Virus record (IMG/VR): IMGVR_UViG_3300020492_000001
Span: 12,305-76,304 of that record
DNA from: a virus
Taxonomy: Duplodnaviria; Caudoviricetes
Length of the DNA: 64,000 nucleotides
Reading direction: 5' to 3' (one strand)
The notes beneath the pieces are model-generated. The model saw only the letters and a list, made by a program, of their open reading frames with translations. It was not told the origin of the DNA and made no database searches. A program made the position numbers and the translations under genes. Of this stretch, positions 10,676 to 21,328 are shown piece after piece. Each line of letters begins with the position of its first letter. The stretch's first letter is position 1.

Positions 10676-10702
10676 TATGTTAAATTTTTAATAAAAGTAA
10701 AT

Positions 10703-10734
10703 AAAAAAAGGGCAAGTTTTATCTCGCCCTCTTT
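10703..10734 (-). terminator. Intrinsic terminator
   Basis: AGGGC/GCCCT stem with U-tract on the minus strand. Confidence 0.55.
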
Positions 10735-10754
10735 CGTTTTGTGTTTAGTTATAG

Positions 10755-11936
10755 TTATGCTAGTTTACTTTCTGCTTCTTCTATGGCAGCTACTAATTTA
10801 GCTTCTGTCATGTGAGGTAGTCCGAATCCTTTAATACCTAATTCTTTAGCTCTTGCTTTTAAATCAGCCATTACTTCAGCGCTATCTTTTTTAGTCTCTT
10901 CCGAAACCACCGATTCCATACTTGCAAATGGTGACTTAAACTCTTCTGTTGGTTTATTCTTAGCTAATTCAGCTTCTAATTCCATAATCTTTTTCTGCAT
11001 TTCTGCTTCTTTAGATTGTGATTGAACTGTATCTTGCTGAACTTCCATAGATTTTCTTGACTCAGCATCTTGCATATCGCATTTAGCATTTAAAGTAGTA
11101 GCCATTCCTGTATTATCTACTAAGAACTTAATAGCCATTTCTTTATTATGTCCTAATGGAATATTACCATAGATATAATTACCTGTAACCACATCGTTTA
11201 TAATAAATCCTTTAGCAACAGCCTTATTAAATACTGAAATATATTCTCTCTCAGGATTGTTATGTAATTCTATAAACTTCTTAGGATCTAACTCCATTAC
11301 TCGGTAAATCTCATTAGTCATCATAAATACACTTCTGTTAGCATCTACATTAACACCTAAATTAATTGCAGCTTCTTCTAAAGCACCTCCACTTAATGAC
11401 TCGATAATAGCCTCCGCTTGTCTTCTTAAAGTACGTTTATTAATCTCTTTATGAGCTAACACTTCTTTGTCAATTACTTTCCATAAGCTTCTACCTTGTT
11501 GGTTAGGGCTTCCTTCTATGTATTGACTGTTTAAAATGATAGCGCAAGCCATCGCTTGATCAGGAATTGACAAATCGAATAACATCTTATTGTCTATCCA
11601 AATTGCTTTAAACTGTAACTCTTTAGTTTCTGTGTTAATTCCTGTTGGAATACCATAGAATAAGTTAGTTTTCTTGTCCCGAATTTTTCTAATCATTTTA
11701 ACATTTTCATGTTTATTAGATTTTCTCATAGCTTCAATTTCAATAAATCCCTTGCGAGGACAATATTTCTCATTAGCTAAATTGACGATTTTTGTTTCTG
11801 CACCATTGCCGTCTTTTACAATGATGTAATCTACGCCCTCTTTAAGCATCTCGCTTACGTTGTTGTTGGCTGTTAAATTAAATACATTCATTTTTATTTG
11901 GTTTAAATTTAAGACAAATATATAAAAATAACTCAA
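10755..11936 (-). CDS. Conserved protein downstream of major capsid gene (true start probably ~11890, MNVFNL)
   Basis: Synteny with crAss-like capsid module; Rho-N/HeH-like C-terminus (DLKARAKELGIKG). Confidence 0.55.
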   Translation of the reverse strand: MSYFYIFVLNLNQIKMNVFNLTANNNVSEMLKEGVDYIIVKDGNGAETKIVNLANEKYCPRKGFIEIEAMRKSNKHENVKMIRKIRDKKTNLFYGIPTGINTETKELQFKAIWIDNKMLFDLSIPDQAMACAIILNSQYIEGSPNQQGRSLWKVIDKEVLAHKEINKRTLRRQAEAIIESLSGGALEEAAINLGVNVDANRSVFMMTNEIYRVMELDPKKFIELHNNPEREYISVFNKAVAKGFIINDVVTGNYIYGNIPLGHNKEMAIKFLVDNTGMATTLNAKCDMQDAESRKSMEVQQDTVQSQSKEAEMQKKIMELEAELAKNKPTEEFKSPFASMESVVSEETKKDSAEVMADLKARAKELGIKGFGLPHMTEAKLVAAIEEAESKLA

Positions 11937-11953
11937 AGTTGCGTTAAAAAACT

Positions 11954-11988
11954 AAAAAACCCCTAACAAATTAATGCTAAGGGTTTTT
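11954..11988 (-). terminator. Intrinsic terminator after major capsid gene
   Basis: AAACCC-CTAA/CTAA-GGGTTT stem with A/T runs. Confidence 0.6.
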
Positions 11989-12004
11989 ATTATTATAAAT
12001 CTAA

Positions 12005-13480
12005 TTAAGCTGATTTACGGATGATACACCATCTTTTAGTGTTGTAGATAACAAGTAAATCTTGTTTCAACATTGCCATTTTCCAAGCGTCCTCTTCTGA
12101 AATAGCATCTCCAGGTAAACCTGTCATACCATTAATAGTAGTTTTAACGTCAGAACGATTAACACCGTAAGCGCCTTTAGGTATAATTTCGATATTAGAA
12201 TCCATAAACGAACCTAAATCTCCACCAATATAAGTACTTGACATGATTAATTGACCGTCATTACCTCTCTCTGGGAAACGTAACTCATCATCAAATAAAG
12301 GATGTTGTACAAAACATACTGAACTTCCTGCGAAATTCATACGTGTGATATGGTATCCTACTTCGATTTCAGCACCACCTTGTACTTGTTGCATTAATTG
12401 AGCGTTTTGCGCTAATACGAAACGAGCCATTTTACGTTGTGCATTGTAATATCCATCAATACCTGTCATAAACACGATATTAACAGAAGACGTAGATGAA
12501 TCAGATTGCTTAGTTAATAATTTCATTGCATCAATAAAATCATCTTCTGTAGCTTCTCCGTTTACACCTGAACCATATAATTCGTTACCGCCAGAGATTT
12601 GCTCTTCGATACCGTCACCCATGATAATACCATTACCTGTTTCGTTATCAACTAAGTTAGCTACAGCAGCACGAGAGCCATCTGTGTTTTTCATAGTAGA
12701 GATACCGAAGATTTTAGCATATTCATTCTCCATAGCCCATTGAGCTTCTGCTTGACGAACTTTCTCGAATTTCCATCCTTTAACTGGACCGTTAGAAGAC
12801 ATATACTCATACCATAATACATCTGTTGCAGCATCTCCAGAGATAGCAACTGTTTTACGTTGAGTAGTCATATCTACGATAAAAGTATCAGGGAATTGGT
12901 CACGACCATATCCTTTTAAAGATTTCTCACCATAACCTGTTGTAGATGGGAAGAAAGTATAAGTACCTGTACCTTGAGCTGCAACGTGTGTAGCAAAAGA
13001 GAATACTTCTTTTTGTGGATGTTGGAAGCTATATAACCAACCTGCTGCTACCTTAGTAGGCTCAGCCATAACCATTGCAGAATAACGATTTCCGTAGAAA
13101 ACACACATTTGTCCTTTGTACGCGTAGTTATCTTTAGCGATTAATTGGAAAGTACCATCTGAACCTGAACTACCTACTTGAGAGATAATTGTTGCAGCTT
13201 TTTGAATACGACCCATAACGTTGAAACGGTAAGAGTTATCTCCAATAGCTTGGCTTTCTTTTACTTTACCAAATTTAGTTGGCTTACTTAAATTAATACC
13301 ATAAGGGCCTACTGCTCCAGATGTTAATAAAGTAGTTAATTGTCTTTGATCCACACGTTCTAACATTTGACGGATAGCAGGGAATTTTTGCTGATTTCTA
13401 ATTAAATCAGACTCTAAAGTACAGTCTGCTGAGAATGTACCTCTTACTAGGTTTGTTTGACCTGGGTTTACTGTTGGCAT
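12005..13480 (-). CDS. Major capsid protein (crAss-like)
   Basis: 491 aa after portal and scaffold; size, composition and gene order of the crAss-like head module; followed by a terminator. Confidence 0.8.
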   Translation of the reverse strand: MPTVNPGQTNLVRGTFSADCTLESDLIRNQQKFPAIRQMLERVDQRQLTTLLTSGAVGPYGINLSKPTKFGKVKESQAIGDNSYRFNVMGRIQKAATIISQVGSSGSDGTFQLIAKDNYAYKGQMCVFYGNRYSAMVMAEPTKVAAGWLYSFQHPQKEVFSFATHVAAQGTGTYTFFPSTTGYGEKSLKGYGRDQFPDTFIVDMTTQRKTVAISGDAATDVLWYEYMSSNGPVKGWKFEKVRQAEAQWAMENEYAKIFGISTMKNTDGSRAAVANLVDNETGNGIIMGDGIEEQISGGNELYGSGVNGEATEDDFIDAMKLLTKQSDSSTSSVNIVFMTGIDGYYNAQRKMARFVLAQNAQLMQQVQGGAEIEVGYHITRMNFAGSSVCFVQHPLFDDELRFPERGNDGQLIMSSTYIGGDLGSFMDSNIEIIPKGAYGVNRSDVKTTINGMTGLPGDAISEEDAWKMAMLKQDLLVIYNTKRWCIIRKSA

Positions 13481-13520
13481 AATTGTTTTTTTATTTTAAG
13501 GTTAGTTGTTTTTTAATTTG

Positions 13521-14672
13521 TTAACCATTCAAATGTGGGTCGTTTTCTAATAACTCAAAATTTCCTGTTTTTTGTAATGTCATACTTTTTGATGCTCCTC
13601 CTTTTTCCAAAGGCGGTGTGTTGTGCATCTTGTTTGCGTATTCAAGTTTGCCTTTAGTGTAGCTCTTAGCTTCAATATTTTTTACGGCTTTCTCTCCTAA
13701 CTCTACAAATGCTATAAACTTACTTACCATACTTGGGTCTTTCATTAGTTGGTCGTACTTACCACTATTATACCTTTCTGTTAAGCCTTTCTTTACTTCT
13801 GGTGCAAGTGGCTGATTCATAAAGACTGACAATTCATTCAGTGCTTTTGTTACTGATTCAGATTCCGCTTTGCGCGCTTGTAGTAAACTATTTTCTCTAT
13901 TCGCTTTGTATTTTTCAATTATCTCTGAGCGTTGTGAAACAATTTGTTTCTCCGCAGCATCTAATTCTAATCTAATTCTAGTAGCCTCATGTTCTACCTC
14001 TCCACTTTCAACTTTTCTTTCAATCTCTTGGTCAATCCAAGCTACGTCTGTATCTGTTAGTGGTCTTATTTGTTCAATCTTAATAGTTAAATCTTCTCTA
14101 TATAAAGCTACAGAATCCATTGATTTGTACTTGTCTATATTTTTAAGAGGGTTAACTATCTCATCGTGTGAGTATCCTGCATCCGCCAACTCCATATACA
14201 TTCTTTGTTCTGGAGCTAGTTCTGAGAATAAAGATTCTTTAGTTAATGACTTAGCCCTTTCAATCTCTTCTATTAAAGGAGCTGTTTTAGCTTCTATATA
14301 AGCCTCTACAGAATTTTCTGCAATTTCTAAACCTTCTGATTTAGCATATACAATCCAATCTCCTTCTTCTTCTTGAGTAGAATCATCATCTAATGTTAGT
14401 GGTGCGTTCTCATCAATTACCTCTTCTTTTACCTCTTCTGTTAATTCCTCTTTAACTTCTTCAGATGCTTTTTCTTCATCTAATTTTATTTCAGATTCAA
14501 TAACTTCTTCTGGCTTTTCAGATTTAACTTCTTCTTTTACCTCTTCTTTTGCTGCTACTGGAACTTCACCGTTAATAAATGAGTCAGTTGACAACAAATC
14601 GAAATTAGGCTTTACGGCAGTCTCAACATCTCGTTGAGTATTTTCTGCTACTATTTCAGCTTGGTTTTCCAT
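13521..14672 (-). CDS. Capsid scaffolding-like protein
   Basis: Highly acidic, helical, between portal and MCP. Confidence 0.65.
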   Translation of the reverse strand: MENQAEIVAENTQRDVETAVKPNFDLLSTDSFINGEVPVAAKEEVKEEVKSEKPEEVIESEIKLDEEKASEEVKEELTEEVKEEVIDENAPLTLDDDSTQEEEGDWIVYAKSEGLEIAENSVEAYIEAKTAPLIEEIERAKSLTKESLFSELAPEQRMYMELADAGYSHDEIVNPLKNIDKYKSMDSVALYREDLTIKIEQIRPLTDTDVAWIDQEIERKVESGEVEHEATRIRLELDAAEKQIVSQRSEIIEKYKANRENSLLQARKAESESVTKALNELSVFMNQPLAPEVKKGLTERYNSGKYDQLMKDPSMVSKFIAFVELGEKAVKNIEAKSYTKGKLEYANKMHNTPPLEKGGASKSMTLQKTGNFELLENDPHLNG

Positions 14673-14697
14673 TTTGTTGTATTTTTAGTCAAATATA

Positions 14698-16917
14698 TTA
14701 AATATTTGTATTGTTTATATTTTCGTTATCGAATTTATTTTGATTTAAAATTAATTGGTCAGACATCTTATTTTGGGAAACACGTATATCAGTGTCACCT
14801 TGCAAAATAATATTATCTTTTTCATTTAACTGTCTGTCCTCGCGGTCCTCTCTAGCTAACTGTAATTGTTGTTCAAGTTGAGCCGCTTGCATTTGTTGTT
14901 GATTTTGCATTTGAGCTTGTTGACTTTGTCCTTCAAGTTCTTTAATCTTAGCCCACCCTTCTTTTAATATAGCTTTCTGCTCTGATGCAATATCTGACCA
15001 TACAAAAGCTAAAGCATCTTCAGGACGTATCTCTTTAGCATTTAAAGAAGCGTTTAATTGGTCTCTCATAAATTGTTTAACCTCTGCGTATTTACCCGAG
15101 TCTTCTAAATGAACACCGTAATCCTTGTATCCTATCTCTTGAGATACTTTTAAGAACTTAAATTTACTTACTCCTAATATCTGCTCACCCTTTTCTAATT
15201 TATAGAATGCCCAAGTAATCTTAGTACTTTCTACAATTTTAGTTAAAGTCTTATTAATATACATATAAACACCATAAAAGAATGGCTCTGTCATTGTCCT
15301 AGAAGCTTGAATAGCTGAATTAGTATTAGTTGCAGTTGCACTAGCCGATATTTGACCTTCTCTATCATTGTTAATACCTGTCATTCTGTCCATCATAACT
15401 AGAATGTCGTTTTTAAATTGAACTAATGCTCCGAATGATTGACTTAATCCTAAATCATGTGTTTGTAATATGTTATTTAAACTTACATCTCTACCGTGAA
15501 AGTTACCGCTTGCTGAAGTATCATAAGTTACAAATCCATCGTTTACTATATCGTAATTTATTTTCTTTACTGTATTTTTTGCTCCTAGCGCCGCCGTATT
15601 GAATCCTAAAATTGTTCCTTTGTGCTTGTTAATATCTTTCAATATCTGATACATTACAATATCAAATATGTTGGACCAATTCTCCATTTCATTCATTAAA
15701 GAGATACGCTTACCGTCAACTGTGCCACACAAGAATCCTGTATAAGATGAACTTAATACTTTTCCTGGCTCGTCAACACTTCTCATAATAAAATAAGAAC
15801 GTCTCATATTAATATCTAATTTCTCTAATCCTCCGATACGAGTTGCTTCCCATAAATCTTCTGCATATCTTACTTCTATCTCATATTTACCTTTCTGAAC
15901 TTGTGAATCGTGCCACTCTTTATTATCCTCGTAGTTTTTAGCGTCAATTTCTGTGTAAATGAATTTCTCTGATGGGTCGAATATTAATTGAGTTACAGTT
16001 TTAGGCATTTTCTTAAAATAAGAAGCTGTTACTGATTTCCACTCTATATGAATAACCTCTACTACTAATCCGCCATTAGGGCTATATCTAATTCTGTTAT
16101 TAGAAGCGTTAGCGTAACTTTGTGGATTGTTAGATATATCTTTTAACATATCTAATTGCTTAGTGTCAAAGTTATATCTACGCATTACATCGTGAATAGA
16201 CATCCATTGTCTACATCCCATGATAGGACTTTTCTCTAAGAAAGTATCTCCATCAATTTCTTCGTAAATAGCATCGCGTGGGTCAATACTAATATATCTT
16301 GTTTCACCCTCTTCATCTCTCTCTACCTTTCCGTAAATCATAGATGCTATTGAGCAATTTAATAAGTCATTTGAAAATTTTTGTTTTAAATCTAAAGAAG
16401 GTATTTGCTCATTTAAGATAATCTGCATAATACTCTCTTCTTTGTCTTTAGGAGACATCTTTTGAAATATCGGGTCTTCTTCTCCATCAGGTATCGGCGC
16501 ACCTTCCATTATATCTACACCAACCTTGTTTTTTAAATCAAGTATTTCTTGTTTAGCTTCCATAGCACCATACATAAAATCAAGTTGATCCATCTTTGCA
16601 GATTTAGCATCTCTATTTATAGTTGTTACGGTTGCATTTAATGGCCTTGTAAGAAACTCTCCAACCATTAATTTAATCTTAGTTGAATGTGCGCGGTAAG
16701 GTATAAACTTTGCTCTATTCTGTATTCCGTAAGTTTTTGTAAGATACAATATACTCTCAGGAGTCTTTATTCCATTATATGATTTAAAAGATTCATCCAT
16801 AAGCGACCTATTATAGTCGCTACTTCTTAATAAATCTTGAGAATAATCTAGGAATAGCTTACACCACTCAGGTGTTTTTTCTTTCTCTAAAACATTTGTT
16901 TGTGGATATGAACGCAT
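14698..16917 (-). CDS. Portal protein
   Basis: 739 aa after TerL; LVGEFLTRP, WEATRIG, GINNDREGQ motifs and Q-rich C-terminal coil. Confidence 0.85.
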   Translation of the reverse strand: MRSYPQTNVLEKEKTPEWCKLFLDYSQDLLRSSDYNRSLMDESFKSYNGIKTPESILYLTKTYGIQNRAKFIPYRAHSTKIKLMVGEFLTRPLNATVTTINRDAKSAKMDQLDFMYGAMEAKQEILDLKNKVGVDIMEGAPIPDGEEDPIFQKMSPKDKEESIMQIILNEQIPSLDLKQKFSNDLLNCSIASMIYGKVERDEEGETRYISIDPRDAIYEEIDGDTFLEKSPIMGCRQWMSIHDVMRRYNFDTKQLDMLKDISNNPQSYANASNNRIRYSPNGGLVVEVIHIEWKSVTASYFKKMPKTVTQLIFDPSEKFIYTEIDAKNYEDNKEWHDSQVQKGKYEIEVRYAEDLWEATRIGGLEKLDINMRRSYFIMRSVDEPGKVLSSSYTGFLCGTVDGKRISLMNEMENWSNIFDIVMYQILKDINKHKGTILGFNTAALGAKNTVKKINYDIVNDGFVTYDTSASGNFHGRDVSLNNILQTHDLGLSQSFGALVQFKNDILVMMDRMTGINNDREGQISASATATNTNSAIQASRTMTEPFFYGVYMYINKTLTKIVESTKITWAFYKLEKGEQILGVSKFKFLKVSQEIGYKDYGVHLEDSGKYAEVKQFMRDQLNASLNAKEIRPEDALAFVWSDIASEQKAILKEGWAKIKELEGQSQQAQMQNQQQMQAAQLEQQLQLAREDREDRQLNEKDNIILQGDTDIRVSQNKMSDQLILNQNKFDNENINNTNI

Positions 16918-16956
16918 TGAATGTATTTTTACTCAAAAATAGTAAAAATTAAGTAA

Positions 16957-18972
16957 CTAACTACCAAAATATTCATGGTCCTCTTCAGGATTAGTTGGAC
17001 GCTTAAAATCTCCAGCAGGAATTACGTTACCATTTTTATCAGTTATCCAATTTCCTAAACTAAAAGGGTCTTCTGATTCTTTAGTATTATCATCTCTTGG
17101 AGCCGCCACTACACTGATAGATTGCATTAAAGCAATACCATAAGCATCCGCCAAGTCATTATCACTTCCTATCTCCACTTCATCAAAGTTACCTAATTGA
17201 TTAATTAATTCAGGAAACCATATATTTTGACAGTAATCATGTATAGATGTTTGCATAGCTCCAACCATTAATGGACGGCTATAAGTATTTAATGAAACCC
17301 AAAATTCATGTGACTGCTCACTATTCATACTCTCAAATTTCTTAGGTCTCGGCGCTAAGTATCTCATACAATTATGGTTTTCATACCATTTTATAATACC
17401 TGAACTACCAGCCTTATCTCCTAATGTATTACCAACTAAATCATAATAAACAGATAGTTTTAAACACATATCAAAGAATATCTCTTTTCTTTTAGGACGA
17501 GTACATATAACCGCCACTGGCATATTAAATGGAATACCAAAAGTATTAGGACGAGACATTACACACATAGCTCCTAGAGATTTAGACACACCTTTATCTT
17601 GATCGTAAGGGTCAATTCCTCCAACATAAAGATTCTTATACTTTTTATCAGGATGGTATTCATCAAGTATTAATATACAATCTCCTTCGTCATCAGTATC
17701 TTTTGCAGGAATAGCTTTTATTCTTAATGGATTTACTCTTTCTAATGTTCCTTCTTTAGTTACCCATTCTAATTTCCACTTTGAATACTTATTCTTATTT
17801 ACTGTTATCTCGTCTTGTTGGGAATTTATCTTCTGTATATCGAAGTTATTACTAAACATCTTTCTAAATATCTCCGCCTCGTTTATTGGATTATTCTGTA
17901 AATGCTCCATGTATTTCTTTAAATCCCCTTTCTTTAACCTCTCTCTCTCTTCCATAATATTCTCCATGGCAGCTTCAGTGTCTTCCATTCCTATTATTTG
18001 GTATGGTTTATACTTCTTTAAAAGATTAGGTGTTACCGATACGTCTTTACCAAAACGAGTAGCGCCACCATAAAATGGTTTCTTAAATCTATCTCCTGTA
18101 ATAAGATATTTAACAGCATTGTAATCATTAGGATTCTCCCATACTTTCTTAAAATCTTTAGAGCCTTTGTTAATATTACCTCCTGTTCCATAAATCATAA
18201 ACATTCCAACTTGTGTATCTCCATCTATTAAACAATCATTAGTAGCACTAATAAACTCACAAAGATTCTCAAATTCTCCTGATTCTTCCGCCACAACATC
18301 ATTTAAGAATAAACCCTTAAACATATTTGGGTTGTTGTGCATGGTTCTTACAAATATCTTACAAGCGTTATTTTTTAGAGTTGTCTTACCGCCGTCCATT
18401 AACTCGTATCCCGAAACTACTTCATCAGGGTTGTTTAATAGAGAGTTTACTCTAAATTCACTCTGTAACAAAGCTTCAGAATCCTCCCACTTTGTCATAA
18501 AATCCTCTGCATACTTCTTTTGTCCTGCCGCTATACCAGCTTGGTAAGACTCACTAAATCTATATCCGTGGTCAATAACAGCCTTTTGAGTAAACTCAGA
18601 TATACCTGCCCTTCGTTTCTTTCCTATTATTAAATTCTTTCCATTTGCTTTACACCACTCTATTATGTAACATAATTCTAAGTGCATATCGCAAAAGTCA
18701 GGAGTAATAATACCGTGAACCGTATTCATATTATTAAAATTCATGTAGTAGTAGAATCTTCCTGGTATAAATATTCCTCCTGTTTGGTATCCGTTTATAC
18801 ATCTGTAAAGTTGTTCCGCCCAAAATGTTTCGTATTCAGTAGTCCCTATCACTTTAGTATTCTTTGCTCCATCAGCATAATCAGGAATGCCGTTAACAAC
18901 TAAAGGATTGGGCAAAAAATTTTTCCCCTTAACATAAGGCGCGAGTAATATAGGTAGTTCTTTATAGTCCAT
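16957..18972 (-). CDS. terL: Terminase large subunit
   Basis: ATPase motifs GKKRRAGIS, VVAEESGE, YGTGG; nuclease GIDPYD and terminal DLADA. Confidence 0.9.
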   Translation of the reverse strand: MDYKELPILLAPYVKGKNFLPNPLVVNGIPDYADGAKNTKVIGTTEYETFWAEQLYRCINGYQTGGIFIPGRFYYYMNFNNMNTVHGIITPDFCDMHLELCYIIEWCKANGKNLIIGKKRRAGISEFTQKAVIDHGYRFSESYQAGIAAGQKKYAEDFMTKWEDSEALLQSEFRVNSLLNNPDEVVSGYELMDGGKTTLKNNACKIFVRTMHNNPNMFKGLFLNDVVAEESGEFENLCEFISATNDCLIDGDTQVGMFMIYGTGGNINKGSKDFKKVWENPNDYNAVKYLITGDRFKKPFYGGATRFGKDVSVTPNLLKKYKPYQIIGMEDTEAAMENIMEERERLKKGDLKKYMEHLQNNPINEAEIFRKMFSNNFDIQKINSQQDEITVNKNKYSKWKLEWVTKEGTLERVNPLRIKAIPAKDTDDEGDCILILDEYHPDKKYKNLYVGGIDPYDQDKGVSKSLGAMCVMSRPNTFGIPFNMPVAVICTRPKRKEIFFDMCLKLSVYYDLVGNTLGDKAGSSGIIKWYENHNCMRYLAPRPKKFESMNSEQSHEFWVSLNTYSRPLMVGAMQTSIHDYCQNIWFPELINQLGNFDEVEIGSDNDLADAYGIALMQSISVVAAPRDDNTKESEDPFSLGNWITDKNGNVIPAGDFKRPTNPEEDHEYFGS

Positions 18973-18973
18973 C

Positions 18974-19519
18974 TTATCCTCGTTTAGCGGTTACTGATTT
19001 AAACATCTTTTGATTAGACTTCATCTTCTCAAGGAAACTAAGTTCTGTTTTACCTTTAAGCTCTCCATCAAGCAACTTTTCTTCCACCACTTCTCTCTCT
19101 ATTGCTTGGATTGCTTTTCTGAACTTATCTATTGAGTCCATAGCATTCTTAATACCTGTTGTAGAATTATCGTGGTCTAATATATTAAGAAGTTCGTCTA
19201 TTTTCTTATTATACATTTCTACTAATTCAATATTTCTATTGTATTGCAAAGACTTGTATGCTTCAATAGCCGCCGATATGCGTTTTGGACGCTTATCTTC
19301 GTTTAGTAATTCAGGTTTATTGTCCTGCCAAACGTGAAATATAGCCTTAGATACTCTTTGTCTTTCGGGAAACTGTCTGTAAATTGAATTGTAGTCGTAA
19401 GCCAAAATTATGAATAGAACTTCCTTATCTGTTAATAAGGCTAGTTGTGGCTCCAATTTTACTACATCGGGATGAAGAACTTTATTGTTCTTTTGGTCAA
19501 TAAAAAATAAATAACTCAT
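18974..19519 (-). CDS. Terminase small subunit candidate
   Basis: Helical 181 aa directly upstream of and translationally coupled to terL. Confidence 0.4.
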   Translation of the reverse strand: MSYLFFIDQKNNKVLHPDVVKLEPQLALLTDKEVLFIILAYDYNSIYRQFPERQRVSKAIFHVWQDNKPELLNEDKRPKRISAAIEAYKSLQYNRNIELVEMYNKKIDELLNILDHDNSTTGIKNAMDSIDKFRKAIQAIEREVVEEKLLDGELKGKTELSFLEKMKSNQKMFKSVTAKRG

Positions 19520-19536
19520 AATAAATTGTTTTTCGC

Positions 19537-19570
19537 AAAAAAGCGATAGGTAACATCTCGTTCCTATCGC
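19537..19570 (-). terminator. Intrinsic terminator
   Basis: GCGATAGG/CCTATCGC 8-bp stem, U-tract on the minus strand. Confidence 0.6.
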
Positions 19571-19589
19571 CTAAATTAATAAATTTTCT

Positions 19590-19775
19590 TTAATGTTTGT
19601 GATTGTTCTTATAAACTACACTTGTACTTATGTATCTCTTGTAATATAAAGGAGTGTCTTGGAACTGTTTATTGTAGTCTTTTATAAGAGTCTTTTTATC
19701 TTTATTAGCTACAACTACTACTATTATACATCCTCCGATACTGAAAAACAAAACTAAGGTTGCTAGAAATTTCAT
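19590..19775 (-). CDS. Small membrane protein
   Basis: N-terminal TM. Confidence 0.45.
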   Translation of the reverse strand: MKFLATLVLFFSIGGCIIVVVVANKDKKTLIKDYNKQFQDTPLYYKRYISTSVVYKNNHKH

Positions 19776-19777
19776 AC

Positions 19778-19996
19778 TTAATCGGTCGTAAAAACATCAA
19801 CTATTTCACAGTTTTTAAAGTGAATATTCTTATCTCCACCTAAATTTACAACTTGAGGTTTACACCCTCCTTTTGAACTATCCCATTCGATTATACCTTT
19901 TTCTAAGGCGTCTTTAGATATTTCTTTCATTGTTTTTGAACCTGGTAACGACTTTACGTCATAACCTAAAATCCATCCTTTTTCTTTATTTTCCAT
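19778..19996 (-). CDS. Hypothetical protein
   Basis: A-rich leader, operonic. Confidence 0.55.
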   Translation of the reverse strand: MENKEKGWILGYDVKSLPGSKTMKEISKDALEKGIIEWDSSKGGCKPQVVNLGGDKNIHFKNCEIVDVFTTD

Positions 19997-20011
19997 TTTT
20001 TTACGTTTTTT

Positions 20012-20470
20012 TTATTTAAATATACCAATCATTTCTAATACAGACGCTAATTCAGATTTATTTTTAATGTCACCATTAAATAAATACGCTGGACGCTCGT
20101 TAATTCCCATAGTTTCTTTATTATAAATTGATATAATGACCTTGTTAATATCTTTAGTTATTCCTTGTAGATTCTCTATAAAATAAATTAAATGTTTTTT
20201 CTCTAATTGATAAACTTTATGTTGTCCATTAAACATCATTCTCTCATCGTAAAAATGTATTGTCTCATTTATTTTAAATCCAAAACTTTTTATATCATCT
20301 TCATTTAAACACTTAACTCTAATCAACCCTTTAAATAATTTGTCTTCTAAGATTTCAAAAGTATCATAAAATTCAAACATGCCGTTAAGCCATTCGACAC
20401 AAAACTCTTCGTATTCAAATCCAATATAAAACTCTGTTGCTACAGGCGTGTAATATTTTTCTTTTTCCAT
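20012..20470 (-). CDS. Hypothetical protein
   Basis: A-rich leader, operonic. Confidence 0.6.
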   Translation of the reverse strand: MEKEKYYTPVATEFYIGFEYEEFCVEWLNGMFEFYDTFEILEDKLFKGLIRVKCLNEDDIKSFGFKINETIHFYDERMMFNGQHKVYQLEKKHLIYFIENLQGITKDINKVIISIYNKETMGINERPAYLFNGDIKNKSELASVLEMIGIFK

Positions 20471-20513
20471 TTTTTTATTTTTTACGTTTTTTAATTCAAT
20501 TTTGAGTTATTTT

Positions 20514-21326
20514 TTAAAATATTTCTTCATCATCCGCCGATACATCCACAAAATCTGCTTTTACAGTATTATCTAACATATCCTTTATTTCGTCTTGGAA
20601 AGTTTCTAATAGTATCTTAATATCATTCTTTAAATACATTGTCGGTACAACTTCGTTCTTATAGCTTATTAATTTATTATTAGAATCAAATACAGGAGTG
20701 ATTAAATCTATAAATACTTTCTCGCACTTTCTCCCAGTCAATTCCTCGAATAAATGGCTATAATAAGATAATTGTAGGCTGATTTTAGTAAACTTTGTAT
20801 TAGACAAGTGTTCAAATGGAGCGTTTAAGAAAGGTTGGCCACTAACAGTAAATAGAGAATCGTATCCTTTAACAAAGCATTTAAAGTCAGATAACACAAA
20901 CTTACTATCTTTACGATTAGAAGTTAAACTTAATTTATCCCAACTCCCCGCTACTCTGTATTTCTTAGAGTAGGGGATTCCTTGCTCAAATGTTTTCGAG
21001 TAGTTTCTGTACTTATACAATACATCTACAACGCAAGTTCTTAAATCTTCATCACTTTCATCTAAAGTAGCCGTTTGAGCATATCTTTCTAAAGCAGCAT
21101 CTACTCTTGATCCGTTTACAGCAGTTTGTTCCCATCCTTGTCTTATCTCGCTTGCAGACTTGTCTCCGTGTTTACTTACTAGCTTACTGATACCTACTGC
21201 GTCAAACTTCTTTACAAGTTTACCATATAGTGCCGAAAATGAGATGTATTGATTACCTTCTGAATCAAAATACTTGTGTTCGTTAGGTTCTAAATACACC
21301 TCATTTGGAAATAGATTATGAATCAT
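20514..21326 (-). CDS. PD-(D/E)xK exonuclease (RecB/Cas4-like)
   Basis: Motifs GSRVDAALE, FEQ, AGSWDK, SDFK, LQLSYY. Confidence 0.75.
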   Translation of the reverse strand: MIHNLFPNEVYLEPNEHKYFDSEGNQYISFSALYGKLVKKFDAVGISKLVSKHGDKSASEIRQGWEQTAVNGSRVDAALERYAQTATLDESDEDLRTCVVDVLYKYRNYSKTFEQGIPYSKKYRVAGSWDKLSLTSNRKDSKFVLSDFKCFVKGYDSLFTVSGQPFLNAPFEHLSNTKFTKISLQLSYYSHLFEELTGRKCEKVFIDLITPVFDSNNKLISYKNEVVPTMYLKNDIKILLETFQDEIKDMLDNTVKADFVDVSADDEEIF

Positions 21327-21328
21327 AT

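Noticed and set aside
20514-21326. CRISPR-associated Cas4
   Set aside because: No Fe-S cysteine cluster and no CRISPR context; treated as a generic PD-(D/E)xK exonuclease.
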